A DNA stretch of 33,882 nucleotides from Nemertoderma westbladi (GCA_032718475.1 JAUCBJ010003522.1:1-33882); one strand, 5' to 3'; positions 11,263-20,990 are shown, counted from the first letter of the stretch. Numbers and translations are program-made. Notes: a model not told the origin generated them from the letters alone.

Positions 11263-12381
11263 CTATTTCTTTCTCTGATACGCCTTTCTCCTCTTCGCCC
11301 GTCGACTCTCATCGATCGCTAGAGCTGGTAGAGGAGCGTCAACATCCATCGTGAGCAATGCTTCGGCTTGTCTCCTGGTGGCTCTTCCTTTCGATGGCAA
11401 CGGGATCATATCGGTTCGTCGTTCCAACTCGGAGTTGCGAGCCTCGAGGAACCACTCTCCGTCACCGAACTCCTCTTTATACGAGTATAAGCGTCTAAGG
11501 ACTTCGAATGGGCTGAATAATCCGGCGCTCAGCAACAGATCCACGTAATGGAAAGGTAGCGGTGCCGTCGTATGGAGGCACTCCGGGAAGGAAAAATACC
11601 TGCATGCCATCTCCTGCGCGATATTCCGAGCGTTTCTCCGCACTTTGGTCCTTATATGGCTGCTTGCGTATGTTTCGAACATGACCATATTTCCCACAGC
11701 GGTAACGTCTTTTGTAGGACATTTTATATAGCAGCGGGGGCTAGCGGAATGTCCACGGAAACCGCACGTAGTGCAGAGGTTATAGAGGATCGGACAGACT
11801 GAAACATCGTGGCCCGATGTCGCGCAGTATGGGCAATAAAGTATCCCGAGGAGCTGGAGGCACGAATCGGGAACCCGATTTCGTCTACCGCGTGGGCACT
11901 GCTCCGAACCACAGTTACCGCACACCTCCAACTGCATCTCTCGACCGGGGAATATCGGAATCGGGACGCCGACGTAATACTCGAGTCGTCGGTCGCTCTT
12001 TTGAATATTTGCGGTGGCCGGTAGCCATCGGAAAGCTGGGCTTTTGCGTAGTAGGTCCTCGCTCCAATAACCTTCTTTATGTCCTGTCGGTCTCAACTCG
12101 GACAACCGTTTCTGGCGGAGGATCCATTCGGTCTGCTCGGCGTACCAACGGGTTAGTCGCATAGGATCCTGTGGAACGGAGGGGGTAGTAGTCACCGCTG
12201 GTCGGCGGAGAGGTGCCGGGGTTTTTGACGGAGGGATTCCGAGGAGATCGTCGGGAGTCGGCGCAGCGCTGGGACCCTTTTCAACCAGTATCGCTGAACG
12301 GGACCGTGAGTGCTGGTACTCGGAATCTCCGACGACCAGTCTTCGCCACCCGGGAAAGGATATGGGGATAACCTTTGGCAT
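11263..12381 (-). CDS. Extra ORF, C-terminal part: CCHC zinc-knuckle protein with a basic tail
   Basis: CPYCATSGHDVSVC (CX2CX4HX4C), CTTCGFRGHSASPRC and CGNC; ends RRAKRRKAYQRKK; overlaps the 474-aa ORF in the -1 frame. Confidence 0.7.
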   Translation of the reverse strand: MPKVIPISFPGWRRLVVGDSEYQHSRSRSAILVEKGPSAAPTPDDLLGIPPSKTPAPLRRPAVTTTPSVPQDPMRLTRWYAEQTEWILRQKRLSELRPTGHKEGYWSEDLLRKSPAFRWLPATANIQKSDRRLEYYVGVPIPIFPGREMQLEVCGNCGSEQCPRGRRNRVPDSCLQLLGILYCPYCATSGHDVSVCPILYNLCTTCGFRGHSASPRCYIKCPTKDVTAVGNMVMFETYASSHIRTKVRRNARNIAQEMACRYFSFPECLHTTAPLPFHYVDLLLSAGLFSPFEVLRRLYSYKEEFGDGEWFLEARNSELERRTDMIPLPSKGRATRRQAEALLTMDVDAPLPALAIDESRRAKRRKAYQRKK

Positions 12382-13670
12382 ATGTCGCCGAAGTCGTTTA
12401 ACGCAAAGGTAGTAACTAACTCCCTCGCAGGGCTACCGGAGCCGAGTGGCGCGGTAACCGCTTCCGTCGCAGGTTCGGCAGAGGCAACCCGTTTGGCTGC
12501 CGGTTGGTAAGCGGCTTCCGGCTCGAGTTGTCGCTTCGGGGTGGAGATTAGAACGCCCTCATGTAGCCATAGTTCTTCCCCTTCCGAAGAAATCAGAGGC
12601 TCTTCCGCCCCGAGAAGATCGGTAATCGTAGGGATGTCGTAAGGTCCGTTCTCGTCCCAGGAATAGATAACGGCGAGCGTTTTCGTCTCTCCCAGTGTGA
12701 TGTTCTCGACCGCTTTGAACGCGTGGTTTATAACCTTGTTCCAGTCGTAGTCGACAAAGGAAAGAGGAACCACCGTAATGAGGTTATCGAGGGTTTTACA
12801 GATAAATTTAGCGACGGTGTATGATTCCATAACGACGTAGATGTAGTTCCGTCTATCCGGCTTCTCCCACCTTTGGTGTATCGTCCACTTTCTCTCAACG
12901 TCCTTCCATCGACCCTCTCGCTCGCTCTTTATTTCTAATCCCGGGTATCCACCATATATTTTATTATAGTCCTGGAATTTCTGAGGTTTGAAGTCGATAC
13001 CGCCGTTTAGCACAGCGAGGTAGCCGATCCCGGATTTCGTTTGTCTCACCTCGCGGAAACCTCGTATGAATTCGGCGGATCGTAACCAGGCTAATAGCGT
13101 TTGGGTGTCGACGCAATGACTAAGGGCGTTGAGGTCGTCTCGCCGGTCTCTTCCTAAAGGAGCGTTCGCGTAGTCGTTCCGGACGTCCGCCTTTATATCC
13201 GACCCGATTTTAATGACGTCGAAGTCGAAGAGGATCTTTTGGATTTCCGGAGGTAGTAACCAGATCGCTCCGGCTGCCTGCACTTCCTGTCTGGGTGTCG
13301 GAAATATTCGACACACCAATACCAAACCGTCCAGGGTTCCGAGGACGACGACCAAGGATCGACCGTATTCTTTCGCCGCGTACTTTTCCTGGTAGTCGTC
13401 ACGATTCTGGATGATCAATATACGTTCCTCTCGTAGCATCGCCGTACACTCCGACAGGTTTCCCCAGTGGGCGAGGTACGTACTCTTGTCGTCGACGAAA
13501 CTTTGACATCCCGCCAACGTCATCGCTTTCGAGGTGGGCGTTGCGTTTCCCTCGTTGTCGTATATCAAACATCGGGATCTGTAGACGCTTTGCCGAAACG
13601 TTTCCCAATACGACAACTCATCCCCTCCGGTCCGGTAGCCTTTGCGTTCCGAGTTCTTTTCAGTCTCGTA
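12192..13670 (-). CDS. Extra ORF, central part: WRN/RNase D-like (DEDDy) 3'-5' exonuclease-fold protein
   Basis: LPPEIQKILFDFDVIKIGSDIKAD, CVDTQTL, SGIGYLA and RW..PDRRNYIYVVMES match the order of WRN-exo family motifs. The frame is open from 13670; the track start at 13616 is TTG. Confidence 0.65.
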   Translation of the reverse strand, partial: YETEKNSERKGYRTGGDELSYWETFRQSVYRSRCLIYDNEGNATPTSKAMTLAGCQSFVDDKSTYLAHWGNLSECTAMLREERILIIQNRDDYQEKYAAKEYGRSLVVVLGTLDGLVLVCRIFPTPRQEVQAAGAIWLLPPEIQKILFDFDVIKIGSDIKADVRNDYANAPLGRDRRDDLNALSHCVDTQTLLAWLRSAEFIRGFREVRQTKSGIGYLAVLNGGIDFKPQKFQDYNKIYGGYPGLEIKSEREGRWKDVERKWTIHQRWEKPDRRNYIYVVMESYTVAKFICKTLDNLITVVPLSFVDYDWNKVINHAFKAVENITLGETKTLAVIYSWDENGPYDIPTITDLLGAEEPLISSEGEELWLHEGVLISTPKRQLEPEAAYQPAAKRVASAEPATEAVTAPLGSGSPARELVTTFALNDFGDICQRLSPYPFPGGEDWSSEIPSTSTHGPVQRYWLKRVPALRRLPTISSESLRQKPRHLSADQR

Positions 13671-13864
13671 CTAGCATCGGCCAACCGGAGGGCTCGTAGA
13701 TTCCAGGAATCCGGTCCCTCTCGCCCGCAGAATTTGACGACTCGCACATTCTCATTTATCAGGGTGCTCCAATTTGTATTAAAGTTAGGGGATCCGGGTT
13801 GTGGATATTCCAGTAGATCTATCATATTACGTAATTCGCCGATAATTTGGCGATTTGGGTCCAT
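13565..13864 (-). CDS. 99-aa ATG-initiated ORF, possible N-terminus of the extra ORF (frame switch)
   Basis: First ATG after the AT-rich spacer; overlaps the exonuclease-like frame. Confidence 0.45.
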   Translation of the reverse strand: MDPNRQIIGELRNMIDLLEYPQPGSPNFNTNWSTLINENVRVVKFCGREGPDSWNLRALRLADASTRLKRTRNAKATGPEGMSCRIGKRFGKASTDPDV

Positions 13865-14417
13865 ATTTACAATTATGTCCGTTGCAAAATTATATCAGTT
13901 AATTATAAATCCAGAAAGTCTGAAACTATAGTGATTGCAGAATAATTCAGTTTATTTTTAATTCAGTTTATTAAATAACATTGCTATATAGGCATCTATC
14001 ATCTTATTGCTAATACATTCAGCATTTACAGTTACTATAGCTATACATTTAATATCCAACCAGTTTTTATGACTTTTTATGTCCTCTTCTTTTTTTCCAA
14101 TTCTTTTCTTTAGACATTTTTATACTTTTTTTTTGTCTTTTTTCATTTCTCATTATTATTTCATCACATTTCATTTATTTCAACACATTTCATCATTTAG
14201 TTCCACCATTTCTTTCACATTTATCACATTTATTTCCACATCATCATTGGGGTTATAGCCCCCCGGCTATCATCATTTGTTCTAAGCGCAGCACCAGGGT
14301 GCGCATCATTTCATTTTCATCATCATACACGTCATCATTCAGTTTATAGTAATGTCGTCTGTTTCTTTTCATCTTTACCAACTACATTCAATCATCTTCT
14401 TTGGGAAATTTTCGTCG

Positions 14418-14845
14418 TGGAAGGGGTGTTACGCAGCAATCTGGGATCTACAGCTGGGCTAGTTACACCGCCTATGCCCCAAACTGCACACGTAACGGAC
14501 AATGAAGACGCTGGGAGTGAAGTCACGTGGATTGCACCAGGGACCCACCAGAATAACACTCCCAACAACATAAAGCTCAGCCGACGAAGTCATGTGGGAT
14601 GGGGTTACGCAACATTCTGGGATCTACAGCTGGACTAGTTACACCACCTACGCCCCAAAATCCACGCAATGGTCCCACCAGAATAACGCGACTGAGAAAC
14701 ATAAAACCTCTATCGTCGAAGTCATGTGGATGCACCATGGACCCACCAGAATAACGGGATAGAGGGGGTATTGCGCGGCAATCCGGGATCTACAGCCGGA
14801 CTAGTTACACCGCCTACGCCCCGAACTGCACACGCAACGGACAAC
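14418..14845. repeat. Three diverged ~60-80-nt direct repeats between pol and the extra ORF
   Basis: Core tcyggGATCTACAGcyggrCTAGTTACACCrCCTAyGCCCC near 14440, 14616 and 14782. Confidence 0.85.
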
Positions 14846-15117
14846 ATAACATACTACAATGGATACAATGAATTCCACTTCAAATCTTTACCATTTCCAA
14901 TAATCCAATGCCATTGGTCCTGATGACCAAAATCAAGGTAAACAATACATAAACGACCCTGCGTCAGTCGAAACATCTGCAGGGTGACGCTGGACTCCAC
15001 ATAACACACGAGGAAACACAAATACCATTGCGTGGTTACAGTTGGTTTAAGGGGGGTCCATTTTCATTGTCGATAAATCACAGTTATTAAAGAGTTTGTC
15101 AACAGGAGGAGAAGGGT

Positions 15118-17679
15118 TTAAACGGGTTTAGCATTGTCACCAATGTCTGCAGCAGGATCCTTAGTAGGGAAATTATCACCTCTCGTAGAGTCACCACTGT
15201 CATTGCCTTCAAGAAGGCACAGCCTCTGGATAGGGCGTTGGTAGTGGCCCTTTGCCGTTCGTATCGTCACAGTCCTCGCAAGTCCGTCTTTGGTCGGTTG
15301 TATTGCCACGACTCGCGCCACAGGCCAGTGGACGCGGTCTTTGAGGTCTTCTTTGACCAGCACCATGTCGCAAATTTCGACATTCCTGTAGGTGTTGTTC
15401 CACTTCCTCCTGGTCCGGAGGGTTATGAGGTACTCCTGGGCCCAGATTCTCCACCAATGCGCTGCCAACGCTTGGGCCTTCTTCCAGTTAGTATGTCTTG
15501 CAATATCGTCGGGATCCGGAAACATCGTCTCTGGGAGAATATGGGTTTTGCGTCTTCCCAGGAGGTGGTTAGGAGTGAGAGGCTCCAGGTCTGTGGGGTC
15601 GTCGCGGATAGGGACAATGGGCCGGTTGTTCAGGGTAGCCGTGATCTCGCAGAATGTTGTGCGGAGGGTGTCATGGGTTACCCGGGTGTCTCCTAATGCG
15701 ACGCGCATGGATCGTTTTACTAAGTCGATCAGCTTCTCCCATACCCCGCTCGTATGGGGTGCTAAGGGTGTTTGAAAGTGCCACTGTATGTGGTGGTCCC
15801 TCCAGACTTGGGATGCGGTGTCCTCGGTAAACCATCCCTCGATCGCCTCTCTAAGTTCTCTTTCTCCTCCCACAAAGTTTGTACCGTTATCGGAGTACAT
15901 ATGACGACATGTCCCGTTGTTCGCCACGAACCGACGCAGGGCGTTGATGAATGCGTGTTGCGTAAGGTTCACCACAATGTCTAGGTAGATTGCCCTAGAC
16001 GTAAGGCAGGTAAAGATGGCTCCCCAGCATTTGATGTTGGATCGTCGCTCGATGACCGTAAACGGTCCGAAACAGTCCACTCCGGTGACGTAGAACGGTG
16101 GGGAATCGGACTGTAGACGTGTGGCTGGTAAGTCTGCCATCTTTTGCGTGAGTGGTGGCGCTAGATACCTTCTGCAGGGAAAGCAACGTTTCAACACTTT
16201 CCGGATCAGTGGCTGGATGTGGGTGATCCAATATCTTTGTCTTATATTAGCTATAATCCAGTTCTGTCCTGCGTGATGGTTTTCCTCGTGACACTGTTGA
16301 ATTAATAGCTTGGCTAGTGTCGACGTTCCGGGCAGAAGTGCCGGGTATTTAACCTCATATTCAACCGGGGCGTTTGCCATCCGGGTATTCAGTCGGATCA
16401 GTCCGTCCTCTCCCATCATTGGTCTCAGTTGGTAGACTGGGCTGTCCGGTTTCAAAGTCTTGCCCGCACTGAGTTGTTCCCACTCATCGGGGAAACTTTC
16501 TCTCTGGACATATCCAACAATACACTTCTCCGCGATAATGAGTTCTTGTATGCTCCGTTTATCTATCAGCTTGTTGTCTTTCCACCGTAGGAAATTGCGA
16601 AGGGTAATAACGTGGTGGACGAGCCGTCTCATTGATGAAGTTCGCTCGATCAACAGATGTAAGGACGCCGCTGGTTGAGTGATCGTCGCGACGTTATAGT
16701 GCCTGCCCGAGTCCTTTGCAGGCTCGGTCAGACAACTATAAATTTCCACTGCGTTGCTTCTATGGACTTTACGGATCTCTTTGTCGTCCTCGGAGTATTT
16801 TCCGCTATCGAGTTCGGGATCGAATCGAGTACTCCATGTTAATTGTGGTTGTTGTAGGAATTCCGGGCCTGTAAGCCAGAGTTTACTCTTACCGAGTTGT
16901 TTTGGGGTGGCGCCTCGGCTTGATAAGTCCGCTGGATTTTCTTTCCCGTTCACGTGGTGCCACTGTTCTCGGCTGGTGCATTGTTTTATCTCCGTGGCTC
17001 GGTTCGCTACAAACGTGTGTCGCCGTGATGGTGAATGGAGGTTGGTTGCCGAACAGTAACCCACGGAGGTTGCATTCTCTTTAATCTGACATTTCGGAAG
17101 GTATGTATAGGTATCTGTAGTCTCTTCCTTGATGCCGCAGAGTGTCCATCCCATTATTGTTCGTTCAGCGTAAAAGCCGTCATCCTGCTTTATAGATCGG
17201 GCGACGTCTCCGGTGGGTATGTGTAATTCCGGTGTATCAAGTCCGATCAGTAAGGTGATGCGGTTTACATCCAACGGTGGGCACCTTAGGTCTACATCGT
17301 CTCGGTCCAACTGTATGAGGGGGGCATACTCGGCTGATTGTCGGAACCGCACTCGTAGGTTGGTGTGTACCAAGGCGTTCTCGATGGTCAGCTTAACTGT
17401 CTCGTAGCCCTTCATTACTCCTTCCATCTGGAGCTGCACCTCCCCGGATTCTACCTCTCTATGGTCGGTGATAGTTTGTATGGGCCGTTTGCAAGGTTCA
17501 TAGTCTAGGCCAAGTTGCTCGAGGAAATCCCGGTCGATGATGGTTCCGTCCGACCCGTTATCAAGGAAAGCGAGCGTCGTCAAGGATTTGCCGACCCCTT
17601 GAATTCTTACTGGGATTACTTTGGCGAAGACCATGTAACGGCGATTTATAAGGTTGATCTTGGCTGAGATATTTGTCAC
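15118..17679 (-). CDS. pol: BEL/Pao pol remnant: aspartic protease, RNase H C-terminal end and complete integrase; no RT
   Basis: FLDNGSDGT; AERTIMGW; FVANR..EI...WHHVNGKENPADLSSRG; HEENHHAG...CFPC; VDCFGP, SDNGTNF, GVWE; LTPNHLL; WPVARV...DGLAR...RPIQRLCLL. No YVDD RT motif. Confidence 0.93.
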   Translation of the reverse strand: MTNISAKINLINRRYMVFAKVIPVRIQGVGKSLTTLAFLDNGSDGTIIDRDFLEQLGLDYEPCKRPIQTITDHREVESGEVQLQMEGVMKGYETVKLTIENALVHTNLRVRFRQSAEYAPLIQLDRDDVDLRCPPLDVNRITLLIGLDTPELHIPTGDVARSIKQDDGFYAERTIMGWTLCGIKEETTDTYTYLPKCQIKENATSVGYCSATNLHSPSRRHTFVANRATEIKQCTSREQWHHVNGKENPADLSSRGATPKQLGKSKLWLTGPEFLQQPQLTWSTRFDPELDSGKYSEDDKEIRKVHRSNAVEIYSCLTEPAKDSGRHYNVATITQPAASLHLLIERTSSMRRLVHHVITLRNFLRWKDNKLIDKRSIQELIIAEKCIVGYVQRESFPDEWEQLSAGKTLKPDSPVYQLRPMMGEDGLIRLNTRMANAPVEYEVKYPALLPGTSTLAKLLIQQCHEENHHAGQNWIIANIRQRYWITHIQPLIRKVLKRCFPCRRYLAPPLTQKMADLPATRLQSDSPPFYVTGVDCFGPFTVIERRSNIKCWGAIFTCLTSRAIYLDIVVNLTQHAFINALRRFVANNGTCRHMYSDNGTNFVGGERELREAIEGWFTEDTASQVWRDHHIQWHFQTPLAPHTSGVWEKLIDLVKRSMRVALGDTRVTHDTLRTTFCEITATLNNRPIVPIRDDPTDLEPLTPNHLLGRRKTHILPETMFPDPDDIARHTNWKKAQALAAHWWRIWAQEYLITLRTRRKWNNTYRNVEICDMVLVKEDLKDRVHWPVARVVAIQPTKDGLARTVTIRTAKGHYQRPIQRLCLLEGNDSGDSTRGDNFPTKDPAADIGDNAKPV

Positions 17680-17773
17680 TTGTGATGCATCAGTTTTAAA
17701 CGGGTTGGTTTCTCTCCGTTGGGTTGTCCGGGTTCCTTTAGAAACGTGGTTCGTTTCTCCTCTTCGCTTGGCT

Positions 17774-19403
17774 TCAATCCGAAAGGGGAGGGTGGTTTAG
17801 AATGTTGTTTACTTGTTCCTCCTTATTTAATGGTTTTAGAGTGTAGTAGGCATCCTTCATCGAATCTGAGAATTCTTGGATATTCTGTGGGTCCCCTAGG
17901 GATCCCGCGTCCTGTATCAGTTTCTCGAGAGTTTTATTAATTATAGTCCCGATATTTCCGTATCTTTTATCTAGAGTTTTCCATGCGTCATAGTATGCCT
18001 CATGAGCTCCTCCCTCAAAGCATGCGATAATTCGGTGTGGTTTGTCACCCAGGTATTGTGATAAATATACCAGTTTCTGTGCGTCGGCTATGTCCGTTGA
18101 TCCAATCTGCGCAAAGAACCGTTTCTTGAATCTGAGGTAATCGACGGGATCTCCTTCGAAGGGATGTAAACGGGTTGTTGGATCGGGGAGTGGCGATCCG
18201 TTCCGAGTCCTTTTCAGGCTCGTACTTGGGGACGCTCGGGACCGTGGGAGTGGCTGGGATATAAGGTTCCTCATTCTTTAGCGTAACAGGTGGGGGATGG
18301 AATACCGGTGCTTGTGCCGATAACGTAGACTGTATGGTAGGCGGGAACTCGGGTTTCGGGGGTTTCACCGTCGGTGTCGTTAATGACTTCTCTAATTCTG
18401 GTATCGGTATTGGTTCATAGTTCTGATCTATATCCCTTTCCCAGTCCTCGTATATTTGAATATCTCGTTCTATGAGTGCGGCTTCGTATTCCGCGAGTTT
18501 CGCAATATCCGCATTCTTTTTGTGTATGAGAATCGCTTGGGCCTCGGCGTATTGTTTACGCATTTCTGCTTCCCATTTACGTTGTTCGATCTCTTGTTGG
18601 GCCTCTCATCCACGTTGTTCAGCTTCCTGTTCACGTTGTTCGGCCTGCCGTTGGGCTTCCTGTTCACGTTGTTCGGCCTGCCGTTTGGCCTCTCGCCTAT
18701 GTTGTTCAGCTTCCTGTTCACGTTGTTCGGCCTGCCGTTTGGCCGCTTGCTCGGCCTCTTGTTTTTGCATTTCAGCGGCTAATACATCTTGCTCGGTTCG
18801 CAGTTGAACATACTCATCTTCCATCCGAGCTTTGAGGGCTAATGCCTTCTGTTCTCGTAGCTGATCTCGGAGTGGCTGACCCCCTTGAGAACTGCGCGCT
18901 GAGCCGGATATCTCGCTCCTAGCGCTGGAGTGCTGGTGTCTTGAGGACCCCGTTCTCTTTCGATGAATTGTGGTCCTAGTGTTGGAGGTTTGCACTGATT
19001 CTGCGTCTGTTCTTTCAGCTTTCTTGTAGTACTGTTCCTCGTAGCCTCTCACGAGGCTGAGGGTCCTCCGGTGTTGTTTGCGGAATTCGTCTAGGCGTGC
19101 AACGTGTTCTTCCAATTTGGGGTAGTTTACCTGGTCGGTGGCGGGGATGAGTTCTCGGTACGCCTGTATCATTCTCTCATATCGTTGTAAGATACTTCGG
19201 ATATTCTGAAGCTGAGTTTGTATCTCGTTGAGGGGGGTTTCGACTCCCTTGAGTTGTTTCTCTATACGTTGATACGCTCGAGTGACTCCGCCTTTGAGAG
19301 CACCTAGTCGACGGGCCATGTTCTTGACATTCGGTACCTCGTCGGCTTCCGAGTCTGTGTGGTGATCCATCTCATCAGTATCGGATACGTTATTCGTCGT
19401 CAT
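17774..19403 (-). pseudogene. gag: gag of element B, disrupted
   Basis: Coiled-coil N-terminus; in-frame TGA at 18606-18608 (CGA in the equivalent repeats); +1 frame switch within 18170-18277 into DUF1759-like FEGDPVDYLRF...QKLVYLSQYL...LDKRYG; another +1 switch near 17780-17798; no CCHC knuckles. Confidence 0.85.
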
Positions 19404-19591
19404 TGTAGCGCCTCGTCGATAGCTAGATGTGCGATGTCGTAAAATAGTTCCTCGTAGGTATTGTACTCAGCCTGGACCACCCGAACGGTAATCCTGAATC
19501 GTCCGACGTTCGTTCCTTGTACTTCAACCTCGACGTGCCAGATTCCTGGCTCAACTTGGATTATATCAATTGGTGTGATCGATACTTCCAT
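19400..19591 (-). CDS. 63-aa ORF upstream of gag (element B), unknown function
   Basis: Conserved with 723-914; ATGA overlap with gag. Confidence 0.8.
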   Translation of the reverse strand: MEVSITPIDIIQVEPGIWHVEVEVQGTNVGRFRITVRVVQAEYNTYEELFYDIAHLAIDEALQ

Positions 19592-19798
19592 TCCCTGTTA
19601 ACAACTCTCCAAATATGTGATCTGCCGACTACGAGTTGGTTAGATCGAGTTTGTTGATTAATTAAACCACGACTTTGTCTTAACTCAAATACCAGAGTTT
19701 CCTTGTAGTGGGTGCTGGTAAGCACGGAGAGAGTTTGAAGAGTATTGTAGGATTCCCAACTTCCACCAGTTGAAGTTGGCGCGTTTTATTCTCAATTT

Positions 19799-20990
19799 TG
19801 TTGCCGTTATTCCCGACACCATGGGGGAAAAACGCCGATGCTGGAGGCGGAACTTTACAGACCACAGAATCCCGGCCAGTCACCGGATATTGATTGTGGA
19901 GAAGGAATAATTTCTTAGATGCAAGATTGCGGTTGAGAAAAAGCTGCATTGGTTGGATATATTCTTTAATGTAGTTAATCTCACTGAACCCTGATTGAGA
20001 ATAAATTGGGCTTCCCCAAATCAATATACACCAAATTATTCACAATAATAATACACGACAATATAAATCCCTACAGTAAATTATTTAATTACCCACTGTT
20101 CGCTCAGATTTTAGCCTAACTAATGTTCCCCAGATTTTCCCTCGGTCCTAGTCTTGGTGCCGTAGTGTCGGTGTCGGTCGACCCTGTCGCGTGTCCGTCC
20201 CACCCCTCACGAACCCCGAAGGGAACGATCATCGAGAACCAGTACGGCTTGGCTAAGGGTCGGTCCAGTCGGTAGACTCTGTCGCGTATCCGTACCACCC
20301 CTCACGAACCCCAAAGGGAACGATCATCGAGAACCAGTACGGCTTGGCTAAGGGGTCTGTCGTCGGTTCCCGTCACAAATCCCTGGCACAAGCAGCAGAC
20401 TTTCCGATGTCCTTTTCAGGCTCGTAATAACTGCTGTTGACCAGAGACCGCTAAGGGCAGTCCTCGTCAAACCCTTCCTCTGTTAGTCGGCCGCCCTTTC
20501 GTGTGTCAGTCCCACCCCTCGCAAACCCCAAAGGGATCGGTCATCGAGAACCAGTACGGCTTGGCTAAGGGGGCTGTCGTTTCCCGTCGTAAATCCCTGA
20601 CACAAGCAGCAGACTTTCTGATGTCCTTTTCAGGCTCGTAATAACTGCTGTTGGCCAGGGACCGCTAAGGGCAGTCCTTGTCCTTTAGACCTAGCGAGTT
20701 ACCAAATCCACCTCTACAGGCAGCAGGAAGTTGGCTAGGCCTAATAGTAATCAGGTAAACCTGAATACTGCTTAACTTTTCCTTCCCCCCCCCCCCCCTG
20801 GCCCTTATATACATGAAATGAGTCCCGTACCCCGTAAGTCGCCCCAATATTCGCCCATAAATCGCCCCCAGTTCATAGAGTGTGCCCAAAACCCGTGGTC
20901 CCGCACCCAGTAGTGATATCGGAATAATCATTTTAAATAAATACAAAAAATATTCAACTCGCGTTATGAAAAGTTGAAATACCGCGAACA
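19799..20990 (-). repeat. 5' LTR of element B (1192 bp; may extend to 19771)
   Basis: Near-identical to 9595-11084 except a ~305-bp deletion between core repeats, a longer C run and about a dozen substitutions. Confidence 0.93.

Larger units (their letters stand above)
9595..20990 (-). mobile_element. BEL/Pao LTR retrotransposon copy B, non-autonomous (RT absent), with an extra 3' ORF
   Basis: Two near-identical LTRs, a PPT, a DUF1759-like gag segment, protease, RNase H tail and integrase. No target-site duplication seen. Confidence 0.95.

Noticed and set aside
11263-13864. env gene
   Set aside because: The position fits but there are no signal peptide, TM or fusion-protein features.
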